Part shown: positions 12,419 to 27,300 of the stretch, one piece after another
Numbering within the stretch: the first letter of the stretch is position 1
How the letters are laid out: every line of letters begins with the position of its first letter
From: Octopus sinensis
Lineage: Eukaryota
Direction of reading: 5' to 3'
NCBI RefSeq assembly: GCF_006345805.1
Contig: NC_043014.1
Span: 32,488,001 to 32,552,000 of the forward strand
DNA: 64,000 nucleotides
Made by a program: the position numbers and the translations under genes
The notes under the pieces: model-generated
Databases searched by the model: none
What the model was told of the DNA's origin: nothing
The model's input: the letters and a program-made list of their open reading frames with translations, nothing else

Positions 12419-13318
12419 TATGAAATCATATCAAAAAGCTCGCAGACTGGTTATGTTTAATGAAAAATACCTTATTTACCTTAATTTTAACATCATCTCA
12501 TTTGAAATAATCACCTTGCACAGCAATACACTGGTCCCAATATTCCTGCCACATTTGGAATCCAGCTTGGAATTTGTTTTCTGTGAGTTGAAGACCTTCT
12601 GCAATTCACTCTTAATCTCAACAATGGTGTTAAAAAAGCAACCTTTGAGTTGCATCTCCATCTTGGGAAGAGATGGAAGTCTGGTGAACAGAGTGGGTGT
12701 ATGAGCAATACCATGTTGTTTTTGGCAAGAAACTCATGAGTAAGGATAACTCATTTACAAGGTTCATTGTCATCATGAAGTATCCAATTCTTCGTGCTCC
12801 ACAGATCCAGTTGCTTTCACCGAATGTCCTCCCTTGAACACTTCCAAACATTACAGTAGAACACTTGATTGATGGTCTGTCCCTGGAGGAATGAATTCTC
12901 AATACACAATATGGCAGATGTCAAAAAAACAATGAGCATACTCTGCATTGAGCCCTGTTGTGCCTTCTCTTCAGTAGAGGAGATGAAAGGTAATGAGCCC
13001 TTCCATTCTGATGACTACTTCGTCTCAGGGTCGTACTTGAAGAATGCTCAATGTCTCTGTAGCAGGCTTCTGAAGTCTAACGCAAAATTTCACATTGTCT
13101 CTTTGTTCCAACTTCCTCTTCATGACAAAATTGGAGACTACAGCATACACATGATCCAAAAGCACAAATTTCACAACTTGCAAAGTAAACATAGTGATGT
13201 CACTTGGTACACTGTCTCGTGAAGGTCACTGCTAGATCTTACTGTGCATACAATCATGTGCTGCCACCTGTTGGTGGGCTACAGAACTAGTCTGGGAACA
13301 TTTTGATACCACCTCATA
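12419..13318 (-). mobile_element. Internally deleted, decayed mariner-like element
   Basis: Degenerate TIRs tatgaaatcatatcaaaaagctcgcagactggtt / aactagtctgggaacattttgataccacctcata. Transposase C-terminal remnants HPLCSPDFHLFP and MEMQLKGCFFNTIVEIKSELQKV. Confidence 0.8.
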
Positions 13319-13951
13319 ATATGAGTTGATGGTTAGTCCTTTTCACTTGTATTTTAATATTTTAAGGATAGGAGCCCTTCTTCAATAAATCTTCAGAGAA
13401 ATGATATTGGGAACTGATTTCTCTGTATATGTAAGTATGTGTAAGAAAGAAACTTACTTTTCTTTCTCAATTCTCTCTCCTCACAGAAGCATAAACTCCA
13501 CAACAGCTCCCATTCTCATTATATTTTTCTACAACCCCCAAAACTTCCTTTTAAGTGTATTTTACTTTATTTTCTTTCCCCAATATTTTTAATTTTATTA
13601 TTATTTATTCTATATTATTTTTAATTATTTTTATTTCCACTCAGACTTAAGTGATAAACAATTTATTGGATTATGGCAATTAATTTAATTAGACTATTCA
13701 ATTAAATGAAAGCATTCAATTTTATTATTGTTGTTGATTTTGTCTGTGTTATGCTTAATGTTGCTGCTGTTATTGTTGCTGCTGAGATTCACATTGTTGC
13801 TGTTGTTGATGCTGCTATAGTTGTACGTATTCATATTGCTACTGTTACTGCTGCTGCTACTACTGCTGCTGTTGCAGCTGATATTGCTGCTGCTGCTGCT
13901 GCTGTCTGCATGTTATCATTGTTCATACTTTTGTTGTAGTTATTGGAACCT

Positions 13952-13983
<32 letters not shown>

Positions 13984-14195
13984 GCTATTGTTGCTAATGT
14001 TGCCGTTGATGTACTTGTTATTATTTAAAAAGATATTTTCATCTAATTAATGATTGGAAAAGTGATTTTTCATCAAACTAACATATCAAAATCCAATTTA
14101 AACTAGAAATAATTACAATAATGATCTTCGTCTTGTGTGTGTAAGTATTTGTGTGTCTGTGTGAGTCTGTATATATATATACATATTATATATAT

Positions 14196-14228
<33 letters not shown>

Positions 14229-14301
14229 TAATATATATATTGTGTATGTATGTGAATATATATATATATTAATATATACATATGTATGTGAATATATATA
14301 G

Positions 14302-14343
<42 letters not shown>

Positions 14344-14929
14344 ATATATTACATATATATATATGAATGTATGTGCATATTATATATATGTGTATATATA
14401 TTTATATATGTATATTTTATATGTGTATATATATATATAAATATATATGTATATATGTATATATGCATTTATATGTGGATGTATATATATGCATGTATGT
14501 ATGTATTTGTGTGTGCACACATATGTCTGGCTGTGGGTATGTGATATGTAAATGTGTTTCACACCAATATCTGGGTCATGTTGATTCAAAAGGATTCACC
14601 AATCCTCGATACTTAATGCTACTGGGGAGACATAGAAAATGCAAGAGAGGGTTCTAATAAATGAAGCACAGCATGAATAACATGTTGGATGTTTGTTTAG
14701 ATATTATTACTACCGCTACTGAAGAGTTACCTAACATAGAGAAACAGAAACCATTGAAATGAAAAACAATGCTAATACTAGTATGAAGTTATGAAGTTAA
14801 TGATATACATACAGATACATAAGCATGCACCCACACACGCACATGCCTTTTTAGCATGTAAGGAGTCCTGTCAGTGGTCTCCCCTTTGTGTATAAAAATA
14901 TTTTATTCACTCATATATATATATATATA

Positions 14930-15250
14930 TATATAAAGAAAGCGTCACCCTTTTCAAGCCTAACCAGGCTCATGGGCCCAGTTTCCCGGTTTCTGTGGCG
15001 TATGTGTTCCCCTCCAGCTGGACGGGACACCAGTCCATCGCAGCGTTACTCAAGAAACAGGAAGAGAGAGTGAGAGAAAGTTGTGGTGAAAGAGTACAAC
15101 AGGGGTCACCATCACCCCCTGCTGGAGCCTCGTGGAGCTTTTAGGTGTTTTCGCTCAATAAACACACACAACGCCCGGTCTGGGAATCGAAACCGCGATC
15201 CTCCGATCGCGAGTCTACTGCCCTAACCACTGGGCCATTGCACCTCCACA
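14930..15250 (-). mobile_element. SINE family C
   Basis: Low-divergence copy with tRNA-like head. Confidence 0.82.
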
Positions 15251-15782
15251 ACACACACACACATATATATATCCTTCTTTCTTTCCTTTCCTGAGCGTCC
15301 AATAACACTATACTTGTTCCACGTACTTGCGTTGTTGTGTTTTCATGTTTGGATTAACCTTATATATATATGTATATATGTATATATATATATGTGTGTG
15401 TGTGATATCAGCAACTGTGCATCACTTAAAAAATATATAGTGGAGAAAGCTTTTGCCATTAGCTTGTGATTATCTCACACTGAGGACAGGTAACCACTTA
15501 GAAACCCAGGTCTGTGAGTATCAGGTAAAGCTAGAGTTGGAAGCGATGACCTCCCTTGCGAATGCTGTATAGACACAAACTGTGTGTCAATAGTCAACTG
15601 GAAAAAAATGTTTTGCTGTGGCTATAACAACAGTAACATTATCCTTTATAGGGCTGCCATGTTCTGTTGCCATATAAACATTACTATATATACTTATATA
15701 TATATATACACATATATGTGTATATATATACTTATATATATACACATATATGTGTGTGCATATATATATATATATATATATG

Positions 15783-15816
<34 letters not shown>

Positions 15817-16474
15817 AGTGTGCATGCATGCACGTATATCAACATGCATAGCATTTAAATTTCTAAAGAACACAACCAATGATTGTATAAGATCACAGTG
15901 ATTCCGTTTTCAGTTGTGGTGGTGATTGTACTACAAATAGCAACAAATGCACAATGTAACATTAAAGCTTACAGGACATTCTCATTGCAAAGTTTTCATA
16001 ATAAACACTTTGATCTTTGGAAAAGTACTTTATCATCAATGTTGAAATAGTTATTCAATAAAGTGTTACAGCATTAAGAATAACTGCAGTTGCATCAGCC
16101 ATTGCAGTGACTGCAGCAACAATAACAGTACTGCAACACATACAAAAGAAGCCACTGCAACAGCACAACCCATTACAAGAACAAAAGCAGACACTGTTAC
16201 AATAGCAGCAGTCACAGTACCAACAACACCAACATTTAGTGTAACAATACAAACACACATTTATATATATATATATATACACATAAATATAAGAGGGAAT
16301 TCTTTTTATAAGCTAGACCATTGGTGTTAAAATTGATGCTATCAAATCAATATCCAATTTTTCACCCTCATTTTGATTTTAATTTTATATATGTACATAT
16401 ATATATAGATATATACACACACACACAGACACATATATATATAATTATATATATATAATATGTATATATATATG

Positions 16475-16673
16475 TAGGGAGAGTTTACGAAAAAAACAAA
16501 AGACGAAGACAGGTGGTGTACAAAACAAACAGATGTATTAGTATAACGCTCAAGAATAGGAAAAGTCTTTTCTGTTTCGAGCCTACGCTCTTCTACAGAA
16601 AGGGACACAGAAAAAACAAGGAGAGAAACAAGGAGAGAAAAAAATGTGTGTAGTGGCTAACAATCTATCATGG
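16475..16673 (-). mobile_element. Penelope-like pseudo-LTR remnant
   Basis: Reverse complement of the 12077-12265 unit (ctttctgtagaagagcgtaggctcgaaac). Confidence 0.55.
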
Positions 16674-17229
16674 CGACTGTGTGTGTATGTATGTGTGTAT
16701 GTAAGTGTGTGTGTGTACATATATAAAGGGTAAAGAGTAAAGACCCCCTTTAGTCATGAATAACCATGGGATTGCACCTAGGAATCCCCCCCCAAGGCAA
16801 GGTTGTTTATGGAAGACCAGCAGTTGCCCATGCATAACAGCCACCCCTCTCCAAGTCACTGATGTTATCCTAGGGGAAGGAAAAGGCTGATACAGCTTGG
16901 CACCAATGATGCTGCAACTCATTTCTACAGCTGAGGGAACTTGAGTAACATGAAATAAAGTGTCTTGCTCAAGAACACAACACACGGCTCAGTCCTGGAA
17001 ATGAACATATATCAAGGCTTATGGATTAGTGGTTAGGGTGTTAACACTCATCATAGTTTTCATGTTTTCAATCCCAGGTGAGTGGTGCATTGTGTTCTTG
17101 AGCAAGACACTTGATTTTACATTGCCTCAATCCATTCACCTGTAAATGGGTAACTCTGCAACAGACTGGTGCTCCACTCAAAGGGGATGTTAGCCTGCTG
17201 GTGAGCTAGGGGTCCTTGCATCAGGGAGG

Positions 17230-17590
17230 ACATGACCATGAAGATTGGTGCACATCCATGCTTGGATTGTTCTAGCCTTATCAAACAGTGCAGAGTCTTA
17301 CTGGAAGACATACAATTTTCCGTTGCGTACTTTGTTTATCCAGAGCCTCACAACTTTCTTTGACACCTTTGTGTGGACAGTAACATTGACTCTTAAGCCT
17401 TACAAAAAGTATGAAGTATGATATCTCCCTCGTTGCTGACAACTTTCAAAACCATCACAACTGCTGAGAACTCAGTATGCATGGCTGTTGGCACCTCATT
17501 CAGGTCTCTGCATACCTGTCTTTCATTCCTTCTTTTGGTCCTGCTTGAAGTTTTTCTCATTGGAAGAAAACCAAAGCATTCCAACCTAGT
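17230..17590 (-). pseudogene. Tc1/mariner superfamily transposase remnant (maT/DD37D-like)
   Basis: RRNERQVCRDLNEVPTAMHTEFSAVVMVLKVVSNEGDI and downstream YVFQ*DSA resemble catalytic-domain motifs. Confidence 0.65.
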
Positions 17591-17894
17591 GGTGTTTTAC
17601 TCTTATTTATCAAGCACTTTTCACATATCAAACGATTCTCTCTCATCATATCTAACATTAACTGACCCCTTTATATCACAACTTGTACTGGATGGGTTAT
17701 GGCAGGTACATCTAGTATATACTATATGTATATTAATGGCAGTAGACGCTATCTATATGATAGCGTCTACTGCCATTAATAGCCAATGAGAATTCATCGA
17801 TGCATCGCAGCTCTTAGCTCCTGCATTTGAAACTCTAAGTACTATTATGACAACTTACTGATTGTCCTAAACTACACACACACATATATATAAC

Positions 17895-18219
17895 AATATT
17901 GTTACATCCCAATAAATTTTGCTACACAAAATTAGTCAGTGTTAATTTATCATTTGTTCTCATTGTTACACATTAAAAGATAGTCACACTCCTCAATAGA
18001 TAATGTTACACATCAATAAATATTGTTACACATTTGTAGATGTTGTTATACCAATAGATAACACAATATTATATATCAATAGCTAATGTTACACATGAAA
18101 GGCTACTCTCACCAAAACAACAGATGTTATTACTCATATGTATATTCATACAAACATACATACATACATACATGCATTAATATGTGTGTATGTATGTATG
18201 TACGTATGTATGTATATAT

Positions 18220-18268
<49 letters not shown>

Positions 18269-18491
18269 TACGTCATGTGTAAACAAACTTAAGTTTGTTT
18301 TTGAAGCGCTGAAATGTAAAATAACACGTAAAATAACTGATATAACAGTATATATGGGATATTAGACCACTTGACCGGAAATCAAAGGGATGTGAGTTCG
18401 ATTCTCATGGCTGGTTGCTGACAGATTGTTCTGCTCTGTAACGGATATTATCCCATATATACTGTTATATCAGTATTTTACGATATTGTAC

Positions 18492-18539
<48 letters not shown>

Positions 18540-18680
18540 ACATATTTATAAGTATTGTTACACATCAATATATATTGTCACACAACCACAGACACTGTTA
18601 CACACCAATAGCTATTGTTACACACCAGTAGTTGTTGTTACACTTCAATAGTTCTTGTTACACATCAATAGATGTAGTCA
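17895..18680. repeat. Degenerate ~20-22-bp minisatellite (ttgttacacatcaata), interrupted
   Basis: Units are clearest at 18553-18672. Confidence 0.7.
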
Positions 18681-19648
18681 GACATTAAAAGTCATTATCA
18701 AGCTAATTAATTTGGTATATTATGGTCATAATTGTTATGTATTAAACTAATGTTTTCGTTTCCAATATGTCCACTAAAATGGCTAAATTTTTTTTCTTTT
18801 TTTAACTTGGGAATATTTTGATTGTTGTGTTGTCAATATTGTAATTCTTTTGTTACTTTTTGTTGTTTTCTTTGTTTGTTGACATTTTGGTTTTTGTTGT
18901 TGTTGCTCTTGACATTGCTCTTTTTGTCGCTATTCTCAATATTGTTGGTTTTATTATTATTATTGTTGTTGATTTTATATTTTTATCTTTTATCTTTTCT
19001 TTATTTGTTTTAGTCACCTTGAAGAACTTTTATTCGAATGAATCAACCCAGTTCTTATTTTTTTTTTTTTGTTAAGCCTAGTTCTTATTCCGTTGATCGC
19101 TTTTGCTGAACTGCTAGATTACAGGGATGTAAACACAACAATACCAGTTGCCATGTGGTAGTGGGGGACAAACACAGACATGAAGACAAACACACATGTG
19201 TATATATATTTATATGTGTGTATGAAGGCACATGGCTCAGTGGTTAGAGCGCTGAACTTACGACCATGAGGTTGTCAGATCAAATCCTGGAGCAGGCTGT
19301 GTGTTGTGTTCTTGAGCAAGACACTTTATTATTAAATCAAATTTCACAATATAAATATATAAAATATAAATTAGCAATAAAACCACTATTATGCAACTCA
19401 AACAGTGATAGACATAAACCAAAACATAAATAACAAATAATATATATTTATATAAAACATATAACTAGATCTCAAAAAGTATAAAAATGAATGAACAATA
19501 TATAATAAGTAATAAGTAATAAGTAATATATTCCTGGGGTTGATTTGCTCGACTAAGGGCAGTGGTCCAGCATGGATGCAGTACTCCAGCATGGATGCAG
19601 TACTCCAGCATGGATGCAGTCAAATGACTGAAACAAGAAAAAGAGTAT

Positions 19649-19680
<32 letters not shown>

Positions 19681-21066
19681 AATATATATATAATATAAAA
19701 TGGGACAAGAATGCAAAACATCCGGACAGTTAGGTGATACAAAATGGGACAACAAAACATCCAGATAGAGGATACAAAGAAAACAAGGACAGGTCATTCG
19801 AAGTTTTCTTCCCTCAGTCAAGTACCAGATTATCTTCGCAATTTCGGCTGATATATATGTTTTTGTATATGAGGGCATGTGTGTGTGTGTTTGTGTAAAG
19901 AGGAAGGTAGACGGACATACAGACATACATACCAACAGACAGGCAGATGACAGAAAGAGCAATACTCAAAGATATTATTTATGCATGCATACATTTTAAT
20001 CACAAGCACACCATATGCACACATACATATGCACACATACATATGCACACACACATACACACACATGCACATACACACACGTACATACTCTCAGAGTTTC
20101 ACACTTTTATATATGCATTTGTAAGAAATATAAGGTTTTCTTTTGAAAAGTCTTAATCAGCGAACACATTGATTAACAATATTGAAGATTTCTGCAGAAC
20201 AACAACCCAAGAGTTATAACAATAAATTATGAAACCAAAACAACAACAACAACAACAGCAACAACAGCAGTAGCAAGCAATAAGCCAATCAAAAACCAGA
20301 AACAGCCGGATCAAAAATAAAAGTATAAAAATGCTGAGCAACAATCATTATAAAAACAGTAGCAGGAGCGGAACTAAACGAATCAAAATTGAGTAATAAC
20401 ACACCAACAACAAGAGCAATATACTAATGACAAAATATAAAAAAAAAAATAATCAAAAAGAGTATAACAATAACAAAAACAACAAAAATGAATATAAACA
20501 CACTGAAAGAGTAAAGTATAAAAATATGATAAAAAAAACAATTTCAAAAAATACATGCAAACCACACACACACACTGTATTCCTTCTTTTGCAAATTAAC
20601 TAATTATGAAATCTTTAGATTTTCCAGCTTTGATGATGCTTACGATGATCTAGAAAATTGCCAATATTTTTGAAGCCCCATCACCAGCACCACTGACACC
20701 ACCACCTCCACCACCACCACCACTGCCGTCACTGCCACAACCCCACTACTACCATCACCCATATACACATACACATCACGCTTGTTGTTGTTGTTCTTCT
20801 TCATCTTCATCTTCTTTTCTTTTTCTTCTTCTTCTTCTTCTTCTTCTTCTTCATTAACTGCTCTTTTCTGTTCTTTATTCATTTTGTTTTATTTTTCTTG
20901 TTTCCTTCCAAACATTCATGTAAATAAATAGTTATAAAATGTAAATACATACATATAAATGCATATGTATATACATGTGTGTATATGTGTATGTGCTTAT
21001 GTGTGTCGCTATGCATGTATGTGAGTTTGTGTGTGTGTGTGTATAAATATATATATATATATGCAC

Positions 21067-21099
<33 letters not shown>

Positions 21100-21102
21100 C
21101 AC

Positions 21103-21139
<37 letters not shown>

Positions 21140-21172
21140 ATATATATATATATTATATATATACATACACAC

Positions 21173-21203
<31 letters not shown>

Positions 21204-21230
21204 CACACACTTTAACAGTTAGATAGATAA

Positions 21231-21263
<33 letters not shown>

Positions 21264-21795
21264 CAGACAAACAAACAGACAGACAGACAGACAGATAGAT
21301 AGATAGATAGACGGTCATAAAAATAGATCGGTAGACACATAGATAAACATAGCCATAAAGTCATATGGATAAACAGATAGACATCAGCTTCTCTATTTCT
21401 AAGGAGATGGCTTCTGAAATACATAGATTATAACATGTATTAGGGACTTTGTGGAACAGTAGTCTTCTTTATATGTATGACTAAGAAATTCATCATCATC
21501 ATCATCGTTGTCATTATCATCATTGCCATCATCACCATCATTATTACTTAACATAGATGTTCAAGGCTGGCAGTGAGTTAAGAGTTGTTTGACAAAATCC
21601 AATGGTGCTGAGAACTGTATATTATGCCAGTTTTTGCTATGGCATGGTCTCTATGGTTGAATGCATTTCCTTCCACGTGCCAACCCCTTTACAGTAAATA
21701 CTTGGTTCTTTGTTCCTTGCCACCAGCACTAGAGAAGTTGCCATGCAACTTGCCAGACTATGAAACTTGAAGCGAAGGGAAATGAAGACCTAAAG

Positions 21796-22501
21796 CAGTG
21801 GTTCATATGAACTTTGTGGGTCCACATAAGATTTTGCTGTTAAAATTTATCTGCAGTAAATTAGTTGTACTTCTACATCACAGGAAATATTTCAACAAAT
21901 TCCTAATAAGATTTAACCCTTTAGCATTAAATCCTGCCAAATTTGGCTCAAATATTCTATGTTTTAACATTCAAAATGGCCATATTTAACCTCTCACACC
22001 TAACCTAGGCTAACATTCTAAAAATAAGAAAATCGCAGCAAAGCTGCATGATAGTGGTGTCAGACATGGCATGCAGACCATCATTCTTCTCTTCTGTTTT
22101 ATTTTGACATGCACATTGCATTTTCATCTTTCTCTTCCATTTTACAAATTCAGTGTGCACATATACATTGCGTGTTCATACTTCTTTTTCCAGTTCCTAC
22201 TCAAAACTGTTTACATATCACAACCATCTCATGAACCTGTGTTTGTGAGGGTTGCTTTGCACTCTGATGTTTGTAAAATATGCAATCACATCATCAAAAC
22301 CTCAAAGTTATAAAAGAATGCATGATTAATTCAAAACAATTTTAATAAAAAGGCATTACATTTGACAGAGTAATCTGAACATAAAATGGTTGATCATAAA
22401 AATATCAAAATATCAAATTTTTATTAGGGTCCAGTAGAGTAAAATAGGAATCAAAGGGGGTCAAAGGGGTTCATAGGCAAAAAATGGTTGAGAACCTCCA
22501 G
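21796..22501. mobile_element. hAT-like MITE hosting nested insertions
   Basis: Termini cagtggttc / gagaacctcca. Degenerate 8-bp flanks acctaaag / ggctaaag. Confidence 0.5.
21913..22392. mobile_element. piggyBac-like MITE (TTAA-ccctttagca...), itself interrupted at ~22035-22287
   Basis: TTAA + CCCT left terminus; degenerate right terminus aacataaaatggttga. Confidence 0.6.
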
Positions 22502-23384
22502 GCTAAAGTCTGAGAGAAGGAGGCAGAGCAGGTTCATTGCTGTTTAAGAGTTACATGGTTAATGACATTTAGAAGAGAGAGTGCGAATGACTGGGAAGAG
22601 CAGGAAAGAGATAAAATAGTAATGACTCAGTGCTTGGGTGACCCCTCAAGTCAGAAAGTGAGTAGAAGTGAGTGGGAATGGAGGCACAAGGATTGTGGGT
22701 ACATGAGGAATTTGTAAGAGTATATGGTAAGGTAAAGGTAAAGGTTACTTTCTCAAATCTTGCTGACTCATAAAGGCCTATTTCCTAGTTTTATGGTGGA
22801 TATACTCCCCACCTGGATGGGATGCTGATTTGTCACAGGAAAAGTTGGATATATAAATAGACAGACAGACAGATAGATAGATAGATTGACATAGATCAAT
22901 AGATATATATAAACATATAGATGAATGTTTGTGTGCGTATGCTTGTGTGGGTGTTGGTGTTTATTTGTGTCCTCTTCTTTTCAGATCACATGATGGTTGC
23001 ATAGTTTCTTCTATACGAGCAGTATACATATATATATATGTATATATACATATGATAGAGTGAACAAAACATATATATATATATATATATATATATAGAT
23101 ATATATAATAATATTAGGGAGTAAATCCAAACTTACAGGGAAAAATTAGATTTAGGATTAAATCTAATTTTACAGTATAAATATATATATATATATATAT
23201 TAAATTGTATTAAATATATTAAATTTTTAACTTTTAACTTTTAATTTAATATTTTAAATTTGAATTTTATATTTTATATATTTTGTATATTATATTAATT
23301 AATTTCATTTCTATGTTTTGGTTTATGTTTTTCACTGTTTGATTTGCCTAATAGTGGTTTTATCTCTAATTTAATTTATATATA

Positions 23385-23419
<35 letters not shown>

Positions 23420-23423
<4 letters not shown>

Positions 23424-23619
23424 TTTATTCTTTTACTTGTTTCAGTCATTTTGACTGTGGCTATGCTAGAGCACTACTTTTAGTCAAACAAATCAACCCC
23501 AGGAATTATTCTTAGTACTTTTCTATCAGTTTCTTTGTCAAGCCACTAAGTTATAGGAACGTAAACACACCAGCATCGGTTGTCAAACGATGGTGGGGGG
23601 GACAAAAACAGACACACAA

Positions 23620-23654
<35 letters not shown>

Positions 23655-23822
23655 AGACAGGCTTCTTTCAGTTTCCATCTACCAAATCCACTCACAAGGC
23701 TTTGGTCAGCCTGAGGCTACAGTAGATGACACTTGCCCAAGGTGCCATGCAGTGTGGCTGAACCTGGAACCATGTGATTAGGAAGCAAGCTTTTACCACA
23801 CAGCTCAGCTACTCTTGCACCT
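23420..23822 (-). mobile_element. SINE family A
   Basis: Full-length copy adjoining the (GATA)n array. Confidence 0.85.
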
Positions 23823-23836
23823 ATAGATAGATAGAC

Positions 23837-23895
<59 letters not shown>

Positions 23896-23916
23896 CAGAT
23901 AGATAGAAAGATAGAC

Positions 23917-23959
<43 letters not shown>

Positions 23960-23964
23960 CAGAC

Positions 23965-24000
<36 letters not shown>
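23823..24000. repeat. (GATA)n microsatellite, 3' flank of Tx1 copy 1
   Basis: Direct reading. Confidence 1.
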
Positions 24001-24002
<2 letters not shown>

Positions 24003-24303
24003 CTTTTTATTGTAGCCACACAGGGCTAAACACAGAATAAAAATGGACGAAATACAATGTAGAATTTTTTCTTTTCGAGGTGGGATGGGTGGGGCAAAAA
24101 AAAAAAAAAAAAAAAAATTTTGATCAATAGAGATCTGTGGGTTGTGTGGTGTATAAAAAGCACTATATATATATATATATATAAGGTTCACAGTTTAGGT
24201 GTAGCCTTGGAAAGAAAAACCTACAAAAAAGACCAAGGTCACCTCAGACAGTTCGAAAAAGAACACATGAGTAAGTCGCCTCACTTCTCGTTGTCTCTTT
24301 TGG

Positions 24304-27300
24304 TTACAGATTTATGCTTAAAATAGTGTCGTCTTTCATACTGACCATTTTTGCCACTTTACCCACTTTTTATTAAAACATTCGTTCGACAAAGCCTTCC
24401 TCTCTATTCTCATCCTCCTTTTCAAGTGGTACTTGAAAAAGTTGACGAGAGACTGACCAGAGAGGAAGGTGTTTGTTTGCAGTCCTTTCAAACGCGTCCA
24501 CCACACACATTCTTTCGCCATAGCCATCAGCGTAACGAAAACCGTTTTCCTTCCCGTTTAAAGGAAGGTGGTGGAACAATATTCACGATAGACTCGGCCG
24601 ATAGGCGAGCCTGACCTACACGTGACAACAGCTGTTCGACGAAGGACCACAGCTCTGAAATATCTGGACACTGCACGAGTGCGTGCAGAACGGTTTCATC
24701 GCTCTGATCGCATCTCGGGCAGGTCGGTCCGGTGATGGTTTTCGAACCGTGTCTGTAGCTCTTCTCTCGAACAGGTAGTGCGTCTCGATAGCACTGCCAA
24801 GCCAGGGATTTCTGGAAGTTATCCATAGGCCCCGGCCCGAACGTCGTCCTGAACAGGCGGGTTAGGAATTCCTCGTCGACGCCCAGGTTTGCCCCGAGTG
24901 TGTCGTCGGACCTCCCCTCCACTAGTCCTCTATAGAACGCTTTAGTCGTTTGGAAGTTGCACAAGTTTGACCCCGGTCGGCAGAGCTGCTGTAGAGCTTG
25001 ACGACACTCTCGGTGCCAATCGCCCAGTTCGGTCTCTTTTTGATCCACGTTTGTAGTTCGGTCAGTGAGACGAGCTGCGGGAAGTCGCGCCTCACAAACG
25101 GCGCCACACCTGTTCACCGTCGTCGATGAATTTCCAGAGATGTCGCAGTCTCAGCGCATGCCTGCGCATCATCAACCACGGCATGCCCAGTCCTCCATTC
25201 AACGGATGTTGACAGCAAATGGACTTCCTCACCATCAGAACGCCACCCTTCCACAGGAAGCAGAAGAGTATGCGTTCCAGTTTGGTGATGGTGGCGTCGG
25301 GACAAGGTACGACGGTCAGGCGGTAATCGATGACGGATGTGATGTACGCGTTCGCCACCTCCGCCCGGCCTTTTAGAGACAGCTTTCTCTCGGCCCATGT
25401 TTGCTGAGAGTGACCACTCTACTCGTGATCTCGTCCCAGTTCTTATCCATTTGGAGGTCCGGACTGAACCAGACCCCGAGCAATTAAAACCGGTCCGTCC
25501 GTCCAGCGTCCCACTACTGAGCGCAGTCGGACGGCATGGGCTTGCTTCTCCAGGTGCCGAGTAGCAACCCACTGACTTTTCCGGGTTAATCTTTGCTCCC
25601 GTCACCGTTTCATATTTTCTTAGTGTCTCGCCAACCAGCTCAATGTGCTGGTAGCTCGACACTATGACGGTGACATCGTCCGCATATGCCGACACGCTCG
25701 TCCCGCAACCCAGTTCCCGTGGGATGCCCCTCAGTGTCGCCAGCTTCCGCAGTAGCGGCTCGAGAGTCAATACATACAGAAGCGCCGACAGGGGACACCC
25801 CTGACGGACCGAACGCGTGATGTCAAACAGTTTCGACAGGTGACCGTTCACCCGAATCACCGATCGGATGCCGCTATACAAGGCAGCGATCCAACCGCGG
25901 AAGACGGGACCGAAGCCAGCCGCCCTGAGGACGGCTGCCAAGTACCGATGGTCGACCCTATCGAAGGCTTTAGACTGATCCAAATTTATCAGCCCCACCC
26001 ATGCCAGGATCCTTAACTACCCTGTCCACAATGTAGCGCATCAGATGGAGGTTGTCATGTATGGTTCTGCCCGGCACGGCGCATGTTTGCGCCCTGTCGA
26101 CCAGTTACCAATGACAAGCGCCAACCTCTCGGCTATTACTTTGGCCAAAATTTTCAAATCTGCGTTGAGCAGAGTGATGGGCCTGAAATTATCTATAAAA
26201 TTCCTCTTTTTGAGTCTTTCTTCAGCAACGTCACTGCACCTCGGCTCACGAAACCGGGGATTCTCCCGTTTTGTTGCCAGTTGCAGTAGACTGATGCCAA
26301 GAGGTCGCCAAACAAGTCTGGCATTCGACAATACAGCTCGTAGGGTAAACTATCCAATCCAGGCGACTTATCCCTCGCGCAGCCCGCCATCGCATCCCAC
26401 ATGTCAGCGGCTGTGATGGGACTTTCACAACACTCCGCTTCTCTTGCCGAGAGCCGCGGCAAGTCGGTCAGGTAGGCACTGAAATCCATCCCACGTTCCG
26501 ACCCACCACTCACACCAAACAGTCGAGCAAAGTGCTGTTGAAAGGCCTCACACATCCTTTCGGGTTCGAGTAAACTGCATCCCTGTTGATCTATTAGAGA
26601 CCGAATGGTTGATCTGTTGCCACGCTGCGCCTCTGCTACCTGGGCCTCTCGCGCAGCTTCAATCCCTTCGTTCCTTAAGGCACGCATTTTAGCTCTGACG
26701 ACACAACCTTCGTGCTTGGCGTTGAGGTGTTGGTCGAGGGCCATCCTCGCAGCCAGCACGTTGGTTGCGCTGCCAGTGGTAAGTGCCTCTTCTAGTTTCT
26801 TAACTAAGTCTCCCTCTACTCTATTTCGTTCTATCGCTAATTCCTTGCTAAACCTAATTGATTCCGATTTTATTGCCATTTTCAGGGCGTACCACCAGCG
26901 GTTGTTAACGATCGCTCCCGTCAGCGCCCTCTTAACTCGCTAATCCGTTCCTGTAAATCTGTCGCGCTAACAGCGATGTGTTCAGTTTCCAGTAACCGGG
27001 ACCCTGCCTATGTGTTTTATCTAAGTCGAGCGTACACGTAACAAATTTGTGATCTGTGTAGCTGACTATTTTAAATTGTGGACATCCTACACTATCCCTA
27101 TCCGCTGTCCTGCATAGAATTCTATCTAGATAAGATCTCGACGATCCGACGCGGTTTGTCAAGTCCACGTTGGCACGTTCGGATGGTCGAGTCGGAAACT
27201 GTCAGACAAATGGAAACGTCTGAGCAGGTCTTTGAGGCTCTTACACCCCCTTCTATTTTCTATCCCTTCCCACATAATCTAGATGCGTGTCCAAGGTAGC

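Noticed and set aside
18553-18680. Regularly spaced ~21-bp repeats as a CRISPR or protein-binding array
   Set aside because: The units are directly tandem and degenerate, consistent with an ordinary minisatellite.
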